A DNA stretch of 61,659 bases, the filler included. It is 3 parts of 3 records of this genome, joined end to end, with 100 filler letters (N's around TTAATTAATTAA, not from the genome) between each part and the next. Parts side by side here need not be neighbours in the genome. Positions count along the whole stretch, not along the records: positions 1 to 18,501 come from SRR31156797_2553; 2 more parts are not named here. One strand, 5' to 3'. A model generated the notes under the pieces. The model saw only the letters and a list, made by a program, of their open reading frames with translations, was not told the origin of the DNA and ran no database searches. The position numbers and the translations under genes were made by a program. Every line of letters begins with the position of its first letter. The stretch's first letter is position 1. Shown piece by piece: positions 1 through 9,952 of this stretch.

Positions 1-95
1 TTAAGTCTCGGGTGTCTACCAATTCCACCATCCCGGCACGGAAGTAATGCTTGATATACTTTGTCTTTTAAGTAGTCAAGCATGTTCTGAGCTTA

Positions 96-1793
96 TTACA
101 GAAGATTTTTTATGTCGAGATAGTTCCGGTAGAGTCTTTTGCTGATGCGTGAGAACTTGTCGAGGTCGGAAACTATTTCGAGTCCGGGGACGATTGCCCT
201 TGTTACCGGGATCTCCAGATCCTTGCGGGTCAGGTCTACGTAGTAGGGGGCAAATCCGTTCGCTGCCAGTGTGTTTTCAATTACCATAACATCGCCTTCT
301 GCACTTCCGGTGGTCAGGTCGGGCAGGTCTTCCAGCTTGCGTATCGGGAGACCTTCGGGCACATCGGAAGTGGGCGGTCCGGGGAAGGGGTAGGGGATTT
401 CAGTAAGTGCCGAGAGCAGGGCTCGTTTGCCGGAAAGGGAACAGCCGCCGCCATTGTTGATGTCACCGTGTTTGCCGACCGCAAAGGCAGTGTAGCAAGG
501 GACACCCAGTTCGGAGGTCATATCCTGAAACCATACTTTGATGCCGCTCTCTTCCAGCGCATCAAGGTGTTTCTGGACTTCCGCATCTTCAGTTTCAATG
601 GTGAAGCATCTTTCCTTGTCGAAGGGGATGGTGGAGTCGCTGTCCCGTTCCAGAACTTCAAGGAGTCCACTAAGGCGTGCTTCAGCCACGGTGTTACCAG
701 ATGCAAGTCCGGTGGAGCTTAAGCCGCTGAACAGGTTCTGCTCGTCAAGGTTACAGAACAGGAAGACGTGCTGCACCGGAACTTTCGCACGTACATGCTT
801 TTCCCCGTCAAATTTTTCTGCCGGCATCCACCAGAGTTCCTGATTCTCATAAGGGGTTTCAAGGCCGAGGTCGTTCGGATTGATTGCCGGACCTTCTTTT
901 GAAATTTCTTCGTATGATCCTTTGCTTACAGGCAGGGAGGCAGTGCGGTTGGCAATGCCGGATTTGCCGATGCTGGCGTAGGAGCTAACTCTTTCGGCAA
1001 CTTCCATGGCACAGGAGACACAGGCCTGCTCAAAGGTGAGTCCGCGTCCGTAGCTGGTTTGGATGGCGCGCAGTGAGTTGTTTAATGAGCCGTTGTCAGT
1101 GCGGTTCTCAACCATCCAATGATGGAGCACCGCAAAGGGGCTGAGGCACCCTTTCTGGCGCATCTGCGGCCCCATGAATACGCCGACTGCTTCAAGCTTT
1201 TTATTGGCGTTGGCGGTTACTTCCTCAATGGACGCGCGTTCCTTGGCCGGGGGGAGATTGGATTCGTTTTCTAGTTTTTCACGGATGGTGGAAGCGGTGG
1301 TGAAATCTTTGGAGGGCAGGTCTTCAGTTTTGTAGAGCTGCGGTAGTTCCGCTTCTTCAATTGTAGGCAAATCTTGGTGCATTTCCATGTTGTCGGAGAA
1401 AATTCCAGTCCACTTGTTGTGCAGCGGTTGGTCTTTCAGCAGATGGGAACGCAAGTGCAGGGTCGGGCTTAATTCTTTGAGTTCGTCAGCATCAAAGGTA
1501 GCTTCCACTTCAGCGCGCAGGGAAGCAAGGCGGGGGTGGGTGATAGCTGCTTCGTAAATGAGGGCGGCGAGAACTTTTTTCTTCGGATCGTCCTTGATTT
1601 CCTTGATCAGCTTCTGGATTTTGCGGGTGCGGTGTTTGCCCAGCATTTCCAGCATATGGCGGTGCATGAATTCATCGTAAGGATGTGTTTCCAGATGGGC
1701 CAGTACTTCGGAAAAGCTCAGGTTGGGACCGGGGAACGCGGCAAAGCATCCGGTTCCGGAAAGGGTGTCCATGAGTTTTAGTTCGTAGCGCAT
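96..1793 (-). CDS. YcaO-like family protein with N-terminal extension
   Basis: Motifs SYGRG...CAMEVAER and STGLASGN...GLLEVLERD, then D-LTRKDLEIPVTRAIVPGLE, are typical of the YcaO ATP-binding domain. Confidence 0.85.
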   Translation of the reverse strand: MRYELKLMDTLSGTGCFAAFPGPNLSFSEVLAHLETHPYDEFMHRHMLEMLGKHRTRKIQKLIKEIKDDPKKKVLAALIYEAAITHPRLASLRAEVEATFDADELKELSPTLHLRSHLLKDQPLHNKWTGIFSDNMEMHQDLPTIEEAELPQLYKTEDLPSKDFTTASTIREKLENESNLPPAKERASIEEVTANANKKLEAVGVFMGPQMRQKGCLSPFAVLHHWMVENRTDNGSLNNSLRAIQTSYGRGLTFEQACVSCAMEVAERVSSYASIGKSGIANRTASLPVSKGSYEEISKEGPAINPNDLGLETPYENQELWWMPAEKFDGEKHVRAKVPVQHVFLFCNLDEQNLFSGLSSTGLASGNTVAEARLSGLLEVLERDSDSTIPFDKERCFTIETEDAEVQKHLDALEESGIKVWFQDMTSELGVPCYTAFAVGKHGDINNGGGCSLSGKRALLSALTEIPYPFPGPPTSDVPEGLPIRKLEDLPDLTTGSAEGDVMVIENTLAANGFAPYYVDLTRKDLEIPVTRAIVPGLEIVSDLDKFSRISKRLYRNYLDIKNLL

Positions 1794-1945
1794 ATTTTCC
1801 CCTGATTATTGTTTTCTGAAATAATTTTTTTCAGTAATTAAACATTGAGTCGGTTAGCGTGTGTTATCCTTATCTTTGAAGGATGTCACGTTAACTTCCG
1901 ACCGTGAAGGTATGATATTTAAGACGTCAAGTGAAGAGGGAAAAT

Positions 1946-2638
1946 ATGCGTTCAAAAAAATCTCATTCAAGAAAAATGATTCTGCACGGGGTCATGATTA
2001 TGGCGTTGGTGGGTGTGCTTTCTTTTGTGGTCGAGTATTACGGTGAAGGGCATCTTTCCGCCCTTACGTCATGGATAGAGGCTAGCGGTAATTTTGCGCC
2101 GTTCCTGTTTATGGCCATAAATGTAGTCGGGATGGTGTTGGTAATCCCCCAGACCTTGTTTACGGTGGTGGCCGGAGTTCTGTTCGGTGCAATTAAAGGA
2201 ACGGCCATGTGTCTGGCCAGCATGGCTGTGGGTTCGTCTCTGTCCTTTTTTCTGGGACGTTTCGTGTTGCGGGGGCGGGTGTTCAAGAAATTTCGTAATG
2301 ATCCTAATTTTATGAAAATGGAGATGCTTAGCCGCAAGCATCCCATCAAGGTTCTGGCTTTGAGCAGAATTGTTCCAGTTGTTCCCTATTCTGTTGCCAA
2401 CTACCTCTGGGCAGCCACGGGGGTGCGCTTTCTGCCGTTCCTGATCATGAGCGTGGTTTGCTTGATCCCTGAAACTGTTTTTCTCACAGCCGGAGGGCAT
2501 CTTTTGTCTGCCGGGGTTCGAAAGGGCACCGTGAATTGGGAAATGCTGGTCGTGCTGGGGGGGGCTGCAGCGCTGATATATCTACTTGTTCGGGCTGTGC
2601 AGCATAGTATTAAGCAGGAGAGTGATGAAATAGAATAG
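1946..2638 (+). CDS. TVP38/TMEM64 (DedA/SNARE-associated) membrane protein
   Basis: Several TM helices, AGVLFG and SRIVPVVPYSVANY motifs; ATG 1946 follows GAAGAGGG (start uncertain). Confidence 0.85.
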   Translation: MRSKKSHSRKMILHGVMIMALVGVLSFVVEYYGEGHLSALTSWIEASGNFAPFLFMAINVVGMVLVIPQTLFTVVAGVLFGAIKGTAMCLASMAVGSSLSFFLGRFVLRGRVFKKFRNDPNFMKMEMLSRKHPIKVLALSRIVPVVPYSVANYLWAATGVRFLPFLIMSVVCLIPETVFLTAGGHLLSAGVRKGTVNWEMLVVLGGAAALIYLLVRAVQHSIKQESDEIE

Positions 2639-2727
2639 TTGGAAAATTGAAAATATATTTGAAAGCGGGAAGTAGGCTGTTACTATAAATAATATTTTAT
2701 TTTAGGTTTCAGTGGAGAAAACACAGG

Positions 2728-4824
2728 ATGACCAAAGTCAGTGCTTTTTGTCGGATATGGATTTTGACCCCGCTTTTGCCTGTTGCTGTTTTTCTTGGGC
2801 TGACAACTTTTGGAAGTGCCTACCATGAATCTGCAACACATATGGAATTGCTGTGCAATGTAGAGTCTTCTTTCGTCCGGTCCAGCGCGGCCAGTACCGA
2901 GCTGGAAATTAACAAGATGCTTTCTGCTTTACGTTTTTTGCTGGTGCATGATTCGCTTCATAAACTTGATAAAAGGCAAAGGACTGCTTCCCTTTCTATC
3001 CTTAAAAATGAATTTTTCAATTTTTCAAATGTATGCGGAATGTTTGACCAGATTAGAATCCTTGATATGGACGGAAAGGAGATACTAAGGGTAAATTATG
3101 GAGAGGATGGTGCATATCTTGTTACAGAGGAAAAGCTTCAGGATAAGTCTGACAGGTATTATTTCGTAGAGTCGATCAGGCTTGGCCCCGGAGAGCTTTA
3201 CTCTTCACCATTTGATTTAAATGTTGAAAACGGAAAGGTTGAGCAACCTATTAAGCCGATGATTCGTGCCGCAGCTCCTCTTTTTGACGAGAGAGGGAAA
3301 AAGTCCGGTCTGCTGGTTGTTAATTTTCTAGGTCAAACCGTGGTGGATAACTTGGATCATATCTCCGGGGGATCGCGCGGAAAACTTATGTTTGTGAATC
3401 AGGACGGGCAGTTTATTTTTGGTGGTGCCGCGGGGTGCAATTGGTCTTTTATGTTTCCGGACCGTAAACAATGTTCCTTTGAAAAGCTGTTTCCTGATGC
3501 GTGGAAACTTATCCATGATAATGATTCCGGTCAGTTTCAGACCGGGGATGGTCTTTTCACGTTCAGAACAGTAGTTCTTTCACTGGATAAAAAGAGCAAA
3601 GGAGTTGGTGGTGCCGAATTTCTAAGAGAACGGAAATGGAAACTTGTTACGCATGTCTCTGCCCTTGAGGTATGGAAGCAGTCCTCGTTGCCGTATGTTC
3701 TGGCGACTGTCATTTTAATTTTGGTGCTCTGTATAATGGTTGCGTTGACAGCCGCAAAGCGGCGCAAGGATATGGAGTTCCAGCACTCCCTTTCCGAATT
3801 TGAGGCTCTTTTTGAAAACAGTGCCATAGGCATAGCCTATATGAAATCATTAAGGATCATACACAGGGTCAACTCCCGTTTTTGTGAGATCGTAGGTTAT
3901 CAACCTGATGAGCTTTTGGGGCAAAGCACTCAGATACTTTACATCTCTGACAAGACTTTTGCTGAATTTTGGTATTCTGCGAAAGCACAGCTCGAAGTAG
4001 GTGAGATAGTTCAGCGTGAATTGCAGCTTCAGCATAAGGATGGAAGTGTTATCTGGGGTAGTGTTACCGGGCGTGCCGTAGCACCGCCTATACTTGAGAA
4101 GGGTATAATCTGGACATTGGAGGATATTTCGTCCCGCAAGGATCTGGAAAATCTCCGCGAAGATGTGGATAGGATCATGCGTCATGATCTTAAAGCTCCC
4201 TTGAATGGCATCATTAACCTTCCGGTTGTTATTAACGACGTGGGAGAGCTCAATGAGGAACAGAAGCAATGCCTCGACTTAATTGGAGATGCGGGTATAC
4301 GAATGCTTAACCAGATAAATTCCTCACTTAATTTGTATCAGATTGAGACTGGTTCTTATAATTATGTGCCTGAATTGGTGGATATCAAGTCTATTCTGGT
4401 GAAGCTTATCAAGGAGTTCGAACCTGTTGCCGGAGCAAGGGATATCGAAATAGTTTTGCTGTCAGGAGACGGACGATCAATGGATGAGATTACTTTGCGA
4501 GTCAAAGCCAGAGAAGAGTTCTGTCAGTCCATGTTTTCTAATATTTTGAAAAATGCTGTGGAGGCATCTTCAAATGGTAAACAGGTGACAGTCTCCGTTT
4601 TTACAGGTCTTGTCCCTGTTGTTAAAATTCATAATTTCAGTAGTATACCTGCTGAAATACGGGATATTTTTTTTGAAAAATATTCAACTTCAGGAAAGAA
4701 GCACGGCTTGGGCCTGGGAAGCTATAGTGCTCGTTTGCTTATGGAAGCCCAGCTTGGCAAAATCAAAATGGATACTTCTGAAGACAAGGGAACTACAATT
4801 TCTTTCATTTTTGAGAATGGGTAG
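2728..4824 (+). CDS. Sensor histidine kinase (periplasmic Cache-like domain, PAS, HisKA, HATPase)
   Basis: Two TM segments around LQDKSDRYYF/DLNVENG; PAS region; H-box RHDLKAPL, N-box NILKNAVEA, G-box GLGLG. Confidence 0.9.
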   Translation: MTKVSAFCRIWILTPLLPVAVFLGLTTFGSAYHESATHMELLCNVESSFVRSSAASTELEINKMLSALRFLLVHDSLHKLDKRQRTASLSILKNEFFNFSNVCGMFDQIRILDMDGKEILRVNYGEDGAYLVTEEKLQDKSDRYYFVESIRLGPGELYSSPFDLNVENGKVEQPIKPMIRAAAPLFDERGKKSGLLVVNFLGQTVVDNLDHISGGSRGKLMFVNQDGQFIFGGAAGCNWSFMFPDRKQCSFEKLFPDAWKLIHDNDSGQFQTGDGLFTFRTVVLSLDKKSKGVGGAEFLRERKWKLVTHVSALEVWKQSSLPYVLATVILILVLCIMVALTAAKRRKDMEFQHSLSEFEALFENSAIGIAYMKSLRIIHRVNSRFCEIVGYQPDELLGQSTQILYISDKTFAEFWYSAKAQLEVGEIVQRELQLQHKDGSVIWGSVTGRAVAPPILEKGIIWTLEDISSRKDLENLREDVDRIMRHDLKAPLNGIINLPVVINDVGELNEEQKQCLDLIGDAGIRMLNQINSSLNLYQIETGSYNYVPELVDIKSILVKLIKEFEPVAGARDIEIVLLSGDGRSMDEITLRVKAREEFCQSMFSNILKNAVEASSNGKQVTVSVFTGLVPVVKIHNFSSIPAEIRDIFFEKYSTSGKKHGLGLGSYSARLLMEAQLGKIKMDTSEDKGTTISFIFENG

Positions 4825-4864
4825 AGGGTTGGAGAACACTGAGAATGGAAAGTGAAATCTGATT

Positions 4865-6085
4865 TTATTTAAGTGGTGTTGCCATTGATTTTTGGCCAAA
4901 TTCTATCTGCATCACGTAAAGCGGCTTTTCAGCTCCATTCCCTTGAAAGGTTATTCTTCCGCAGACTCCGTCGAAATTTTTGATTTGCCCCAGCCCATTC
5001 CGTATTGCTGCGGAAGTTGTTCCATGTTTTTGAGCGGTTGCAGCGAGGAGCATGATGGAATCAAAGCCGAGGGCTGCGTATCCGGTTTGTGGTGTGCTGC
5101 CGAACAGATTTTTGTAGGATTCAACAAAAGAGCGCACTAACGCTGTTTCACGGTCCATAGCCGCCTGCGATGCAAAGTAGACGGTTGATGGATATTCTCT
5201 CATGGGTTGCTGCATGGGCACGGTATCAAACGAAGTCCCGCCGATAATGGAGTATGTTTGCTGGCCCTCTTTAAGTTGTTCCAGCAGTTTTGCGGCTATG
5301 CGGGCGGGAGCGAATATTATTACTGCTTCCACCTGCGGTTTAGCTGGCTCGGTATTCCGTTTCTGGATGGTAATGCCTGCCGCACTGTCTACAAAGTCAC
5401 TGACTCCTACTGTGTCATTTACCACAGTGCTGTTGGTGGGCTGCCGGGGAGTAAGTTCTTGCAGTTTTTTGCTGATGAACGATAAGTCCGGGGCTGCTTC
5501 GGGAATGCGCATTTCAGCCATAATTTTGCCACCGTTGCGCTTGAAGCGGCGGGCGTAGCTGTCTGCCTGTCGTGCGGTGCTGTCAGCAAGGTCAGAGCGG
5601 ATCAGCATAATGTTATTGATTTGCATTGTGTTTGTGGTGAATTCGGCCAATAGTTGCCCGGTTCTGATATCCGGCACGGCAAGGGTAAAAACGTTTGATC
5701 CGATATGGGAGAGCGCGTCAGCCTGAGCTCCGATACATAAAAAGGGAAGCTGCACGGCCTGAAATGCCGGACCTGCTGTGAGTGCTGCGTTATCGTCAAT
5801 TAGTCCGGTGGCGGCGAGAATCCCTTTGGATTGGGATAGTTTATTCACTTTCTTGAGAATTTCTGTGGTTTCCCCGGTAGTGGCTTCCACTTCGAGCCTG
5901 ATATTAATTTCGCTCTTGGATTTATTGATTTTTTGCACCGCGAGCAGTGCTCCGTTCAGGGCTTCCTGTGCTGTGGGGGCCTGACCGGATTTGAGACCGA
6001 AAATTGTACCCAGCACGATTTCCCCGGCATGTAGCGGGGTGGGCATGCAGCAGATCATAGCCAGCAGTAATGTAAAAATTTTCAT
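4865..6085 (-). CDS. LivJ-like ABC substrate-binding protein
   Basis: Signal peptide; AALGFDSIMLLA and NFDGVCGRITF motifs of type I periplasmic binding proteins. Confidence 0.8.
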   Translation of the reverse strand: MKIFTLLLAMICCMPTPLHAGEIVLGTIFGLKSGQAPTAQEALNGALLAVQKINKSKSEINIRLEVEATTGETTEILKKVNKLSQSKGILAATGLIDDNAALTAGPAFQAVQLPFLCIGAQADALSHIGSNVFTLAVPDIRTGQLLAEFTTNTMQINNIMLIRSDLADSTARQADSYARRFKRNGGKIMAEMRIPEAAPDLSFISKKLQELTPRQPTNSTVVNDTVGVSDFVDSAAGITIQKRNTEPAKPQVEAVIIFAPARIAAKLLEQLKEGQQTYSIIGGTSFDTVPMQQPMREYPSTVYFASQAAMDRETALVRSFVESYKNLFGSTPQTGYAALGFDSIMLLAATAQKHGTTSAAIRNGLGQIKNFDGVCGRITFQGNGAEKPLYVMQIEFGQKSMATPLK

Positions 6086-7242
6086 GTGCCGCTTCCCTTA
6101 CGATCTTTGCGTGTCTTGACGATTTTGAAGGTACGTTTCTTTGGCTGTTCTTCTGTCTTCGGCTGTTCCGGGTGTTTCTGTGCAGAAGCTCCTTGTCTCA
6201 TTCTTTCTACCGCTTCTTCATGGCTTTTTTCTTCGGCAACAGCCTTTGCCTGTTCGAGTTTCCGTTCGGCCTCTTTTTTTTGTTGTTCTGCTTCACGCAG
6301 CTTCCGTTTGGTCTTGAATTCAGAGACAGCTTCTTTGAAATCTGATTTTTTGTTGGTAAAGGCTACTTTTCCTGCATGGACGATTTCAGTTAGTTTTTTT
6401 ACTTCCCAGAGTTCAATGGGCCGGGGATGTTTGATGTAGACCGGAATGATTTCATGGTGGTGCATGTCGATGGAAAGGGGAAGCTGGCTGGTGAGAATGG
6501 AACGTTTAAAAATGCGTGAGGTATTGAAATAGCTGGATACAAAGCTGTCAGGTTCCGGATTGCATGCATCGTCAAAATAAATGGCGATGATGATGTCGAT
6601 TTGTCGTTTCACGCATTCCATGATCGGCATCGGGGATGAAAACGCGCCGTCAATGAGTCGCCTGCCGTCAACATTCCCCGGAGGCATGAGCGGATAGATG
6701 GCGCTGCTGGCGTAAATGGCTTGCGCAAGGTTTCCTTCTTCAAGGATAACCGGTTTTCCGGTTTCAAGATCGGTGGTGGAAATGAGGGTTTTGGGAGAGA
6801 GGTCCGATATATCGGTTTTTTTGAACAGGGTTTCGTAAGTACGGCGCAAACAGTCTGTTTTAAGGATACCGGATTCGGCAGTGAATTTACCCATGCCGGT
6901 ACTGGCGATTTCAAGCACGGAATTGTAGTCTACGTCCGTATAAAAACGCGGGTCAACGGTTTTGGCAAAGACCTCCTGAATCTGCTTGAGGTCATATCCG
7001 GCGCCCATGAATCCGGCCAGCAGCGCGCCACCGCTGACTCCAATGACAAGATCAAGATTTATCTTTTCTGCCTGCAGGTATTCTATAAAAGGCAGAGCGC
7101 AGAATGACTTTATCCCTTCCGAACCGATGATCAAAGCAACAGAAGGACGCTCAGGGGCTTTGGGGACCTTTTCCTGTTCTTCTGTTGTCTTCTTGTTTTC
7201 GGTCGATTCGGGTTTACTGTTCTTTTCCATCTTCTCTCCCAT
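6082..7242 (-). CDS. Patatin-like phospholipase
   Basis: GVSGG nucleophile elbow and IDGAF catalytic Asp motif; charged C-terminal tail. Confidence 0.85.
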   Translation of the reverse strand: MGEKMEKNSKPESTENKKTTEEQEKVPKAPERPSVALIIGSEGIKSFCALPFIEYLQAEKINLDLVIGVSGGALLAGFMGAGYDLKQIQEVFAKTVDPRFYTDVDYNSVLEIASTGMGKFTAESGILKTDCLRRTYETLFKKTDISDLSPKTLISTTDLETGKPVILEEGNLAQAIYASSAIYPLMPPGNVDGRRLIDGAFSSPMPIMECVKRQIDIIIAIYFDDACNPEPDSFVSSYFNTSRIFKRSILTSQLPLSIDMHHHEIIPVYIKHPRPIELWEVKKLTEIVHAGKVAFTNKKSDFKEAVSEFKTKRKLREAEQQKKEAERKLEQAKAVAEEKSHEEAVERMRQGASAQKHPEQPKTEEQPKKRTFKIVKTRKDRKGSGT

Positions 7243-7289
7243 GCTTTAAAGCAAAAGATACATGGGCTAAGTGGAAAAAACAATATTAA

Positions 7290-7853
7290 TTACCCGGAGA
7301 TGGACTCCAGAAAGGATCTGAATGCCGGGAACATGTTGTTGACCATTACGGCTACACCCTCGTTGTTGGGATGAACCCCGTCGGGCTGGTAATATTCAGG
7401 CATTTCGCCGATCCCTTCGGTCAGGGATGGATAGAGTGGGATGCTGAATTTATCGGCAACTTCCTTGAAGATGCGGTTAAATTCAGATGAATAGGATTGC
7501 GGGGTGAAGTTCATGGGTTTAAAGCCAAGCAGCAGAACCGGGATTTTTGCTTCCTGAAAAGCCTCCACCATGCGGGAGATGTTTATTTTGGTCTGTTCCG
7601 GGTCCATGAGCTGGAAACAGTCATTTGCACCGAATTCAATGTAGGCTGCATCCGGTTCGCTTTCAATAACATTGGCGAGGCGAAATAGCCCGTCCGCGGA
7701 AGTATCCCCGGACAGGCCGAAATTATTAATTGCCACATGGAAGCCTTCTTCCAGCAGCCTGCGTTCAAGCTGTGCCGGAAGGGAGCTGTACGCAGGAAGT
7801 CCATATCCCTCGGTTAAGCTGTCCCCGAATGCCGCCAATGTGATTTTTGCCAT
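7290..7853 (-). CDS. SGNH/GDSL arylesterase (TesA-like)
   Basis: FGDSLT, GLSGDT, FGAND and DGVHPN blocks; start corrected to ATG 7853. Confidence 0.9.
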   Translation of the reverse strand: MAKITLAAFGDSLTEGYGLPAYSSLPAQLERRLLEEGFHVAINNFGLSGDTSADGLFRLANVIESEPDAAYIEFGANDCFQLMDPEQTKINISRMVEAFQEAKIPVLLLGFKPMNFTPQSYSSEFNRIFKEVADKFSIPLYPSLTEGIGEMPEYYQPDGVHPNNEGVAVMVNNMFPAFRSFLESISG

Positions 7854-7855
7854 GC

Positions 7856-8389
7856 TTATTTTTCTCCCTCGCGCAGCCAGCTTTGGAAGCGGGCAACTTC
7901 TTCCTTCCACTGGTCTGAGATGCGGATGGTGATGAATTCTTTGAATACGTGGTCAAAGAGGGTGATACATTTTTCGATCAAATAGATCTTTTCCAGAAAT
8001 TTTGCGTCCGGGTCGTCGCCTTCTTCGTCTTTCATTTCCACCTTGGGGGTTTTCAGCCCGCTCATGGTGAAATCTTCGGCCTTGAGCTGAACCTGCCAGA
8101 GGTTTTCGTCGATTTCCATCTTCAGTTGGCAGCGGGTTACTTTTTTCCCGGTACGCAAACCGTAGAGAACTTCGGTCATGTCTCCGCTGGCGGAGTTTAC
8201 TGTGGCGGTATCCACATTTTCACCGTCGCCGCCCTGAACGGACATGCGTTGTTCCATGTAGAGCATGAAGCGTTCGCCGTTTTCCAGCTCGAACATGCCG
8301 TCCTGAATTTCACTTTTATACCAGAGCCAGGTCAGGAAGTCCTGGCCCAGAAGTGTGTTTTCCCTTTCGGCAAGCATCATGAGGTCCAT
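7856..8389 (-). CDS. RdgC-associated protein (resembles C-terminal half of RdgC)
   Basis: LGQDFLTWLW and GKKVT motifs; lies directly downstream of the RdgC-like gene. Confidence 0.6.
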   Translation of the reverse strand: MDLMMLAERENTLLGQDFLTWLWYKSEIQDGMFELENGERFMLYMEQRMSVQGGDGENVDTATVNSASGDMTEVLYGLRTGKKVTRCQLKMEIDENLWQVQLKAEDFTMSGLKTPKVEMKDEEGDDPDAKFLEKIYLIEKCITLFDHVFKEFITIRISDQWKEEVARFQSWLREGEK

Positions 8390-8423
8390 AACTGTTGCTC
8401 CTTTGAGTAGATTCTTTGATTCC

Positions 8424-9041
8424 CTAACCTACGAAATAGGTGGGGTCGAGCGATTCGAGTTTCTGTACAGCCTCTTCGCCGAGCATTTCCATGGCCAGAA
8501 AGAAGGGAGTCAGTGGTTCAAGGGTCAGTTCGAAGGTGTCGGAAAAATGATCGGTGAACAGGTCCATTACTTTGGTGTTGGTGGCAGCTAGGTAGACCCT
8601 GTTTTCCGGTACGTTCCAAACCACGTCAAACACCGCCGGGATGGGCAGGGAACGTGCGCGCAGTTTAAGGGAAACTTGTTCCTTTATTTCCCTTTTGCGG
8701 TCGCGGGAGATGAAATTTTTTCCTTCTTTCTTGGCTTCTGCAAGCTCGTGGTTCAACGCGATCTGAAAATGTTTTTTCAGTACTGCGGGTTGGATTCGGC
8801 GGGTATCAAGGCGCAGGGAAAAGGTGAAGTATTGGGCTTTTTCCGGCGGTGAGACAGCCCATTTGTCGTCAAGCATATCGTCCATGTTCACCCAGCCGAA
8901 GGAACGTTCCTCAGCGGTATGGTCAATGTCTTTGAATGCGAATTTTGCTAATTTTTCGGGTATTTCCCGGATCAATTCATCGCTGACTTCTTCCAGAATC
9001 CTGTATCTGGTGATTCCTGTGCTGGCTGAAAGTATTGGCAA
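8424..9041 (-). CDS. rdgC: Recombination-associated protein RdgC-like (N-terminal half)
   Basis: ERSFGWV, LRLDTRRIQPAVLK and KLRARSLP motifs; TTG start with AAGGAG RBS. Confidence 0.65.
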   Translation of the reverse strand: MPILSASTGITRYRILEEVSDELIREIPEKLAKFAFKDIDHTAEERSFGWVNMDDMLDDKWAVSPPEKAQYFTFSLRLDTRRIQPAVLKKHFQIALNHELAEAKKEGKNFISRDRKREIKEQVSLKLRARSLPIPAVFDVVWNVPENRVYLAATNTKVMDLFTDHFSDTFELTLEPLTPFFLAMEMLGEEAVQKLESLDPTYFVG

Positions 9042-9284
9042 AGCATGCTCCTTGAACCGACTGTCACCCTTTTGGCACTGCCGGATTTATTTCACTGTGG
9101 TGATAAACACAAACGATATCTGTTATGACCATTTTTTCAGGATGTAAAGGGAAAGAATTCCCGATCTGCTGGGTATGGCATATTAGGTGCATAATATATT
9201 TCAGTTGTAGAAGATTGTAAATCAGGTAACTGCCCAAAGGAGGATTCAGTCAGTATGAGCTGAAGCAAGCTGGTGGAGGTCATT

Positions 9285-9488
9285 ATGACTCTCATTGAAG
9301 TACGCACCGAAGGTAACTATATCGTGATTGGTAACCAGCGTAGAAAAAAGTTGACATCCGACGGGTGCAACGAGCCGTTTAAGGATCGTTTCTGGTGCCC
9401 GCGCAAGAAGTGGTTTATGAAAAGTCAATGTCCGTTTATAAACAAGATTGAGTGTGGAAACTATCGTCAGATTTGCGGCTCACTATAA
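9285..9488 (+). CDS. Small Cys-rich hypothetical protein (67 aa)
   Basis: GGAGGT RBS before ATG 9285; 5 Cys (C..WCP..CPF..EC..C); fills an intergenic gap. Confidence 0.65.
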   Translation: MTLIEVRTEGNYIVIGNQRRKKLTSDGCNEPFKDRFWCPRKKWFMKSQCPFINKIECGNYRQICGSL

Positions 9489-9580
9489 TTTGTTCAGCAC
9501 TGACAGAATATTTTTAACTCCTCTTGCTTTTGTTTTGTCCGGGTCCTAATATTCACGCAAAAACAAAAGCTGGAGGAGTT

Positions 9581-9952
9581 GTGATTTCCGGTAATCCATA
9601 CGAAATGCTGGCAGAGCGGCTTGAAAGTATTGCCATGCAGGTCCGTGAAATAGAAGAAAAGGCGTATAAAGTCCTCTATGAAGCTAAGGATGACAATGGC
9701 TACAGAGAGTTAATGCGTCAAAAGGCCATGATGCTGGCGGGGCTTGCTGATGAAGTTGAACCGCAGACCACGTCCGTTCAGAATGCGGTGAAAGAGCGCA
9801 TAGAACGTTTTTCGTTTTCTGCATCTCAGTCCCTTGAGGTTGGCAGTGTTTTTTTTATGTCCGCACTTCTCTACCCAGAGGACCATAAAGACGGGGAACT
9901 TAATGATCTGGAGGTTTTTGCGGCAGATGTTAGAGCAATGTCTGGAAGATAA
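9581..9952 (+). CDS. Hypothetical protein
   Basis: Helical, acidic ORF; GGAGGAG before GTG 9581 (start uncertain). Confidence 0.7.
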   Translation: MISGNPYEMLAERLESIAMQVREIEEKAYKVLYEAKDDNGYRELMRQKAMMLAGLADEVEPQTTSVQNAVKERIERFSFSASQSLEVGSVFFMSALLYPEDHKDGELNDLEVFAADVRAMSGR

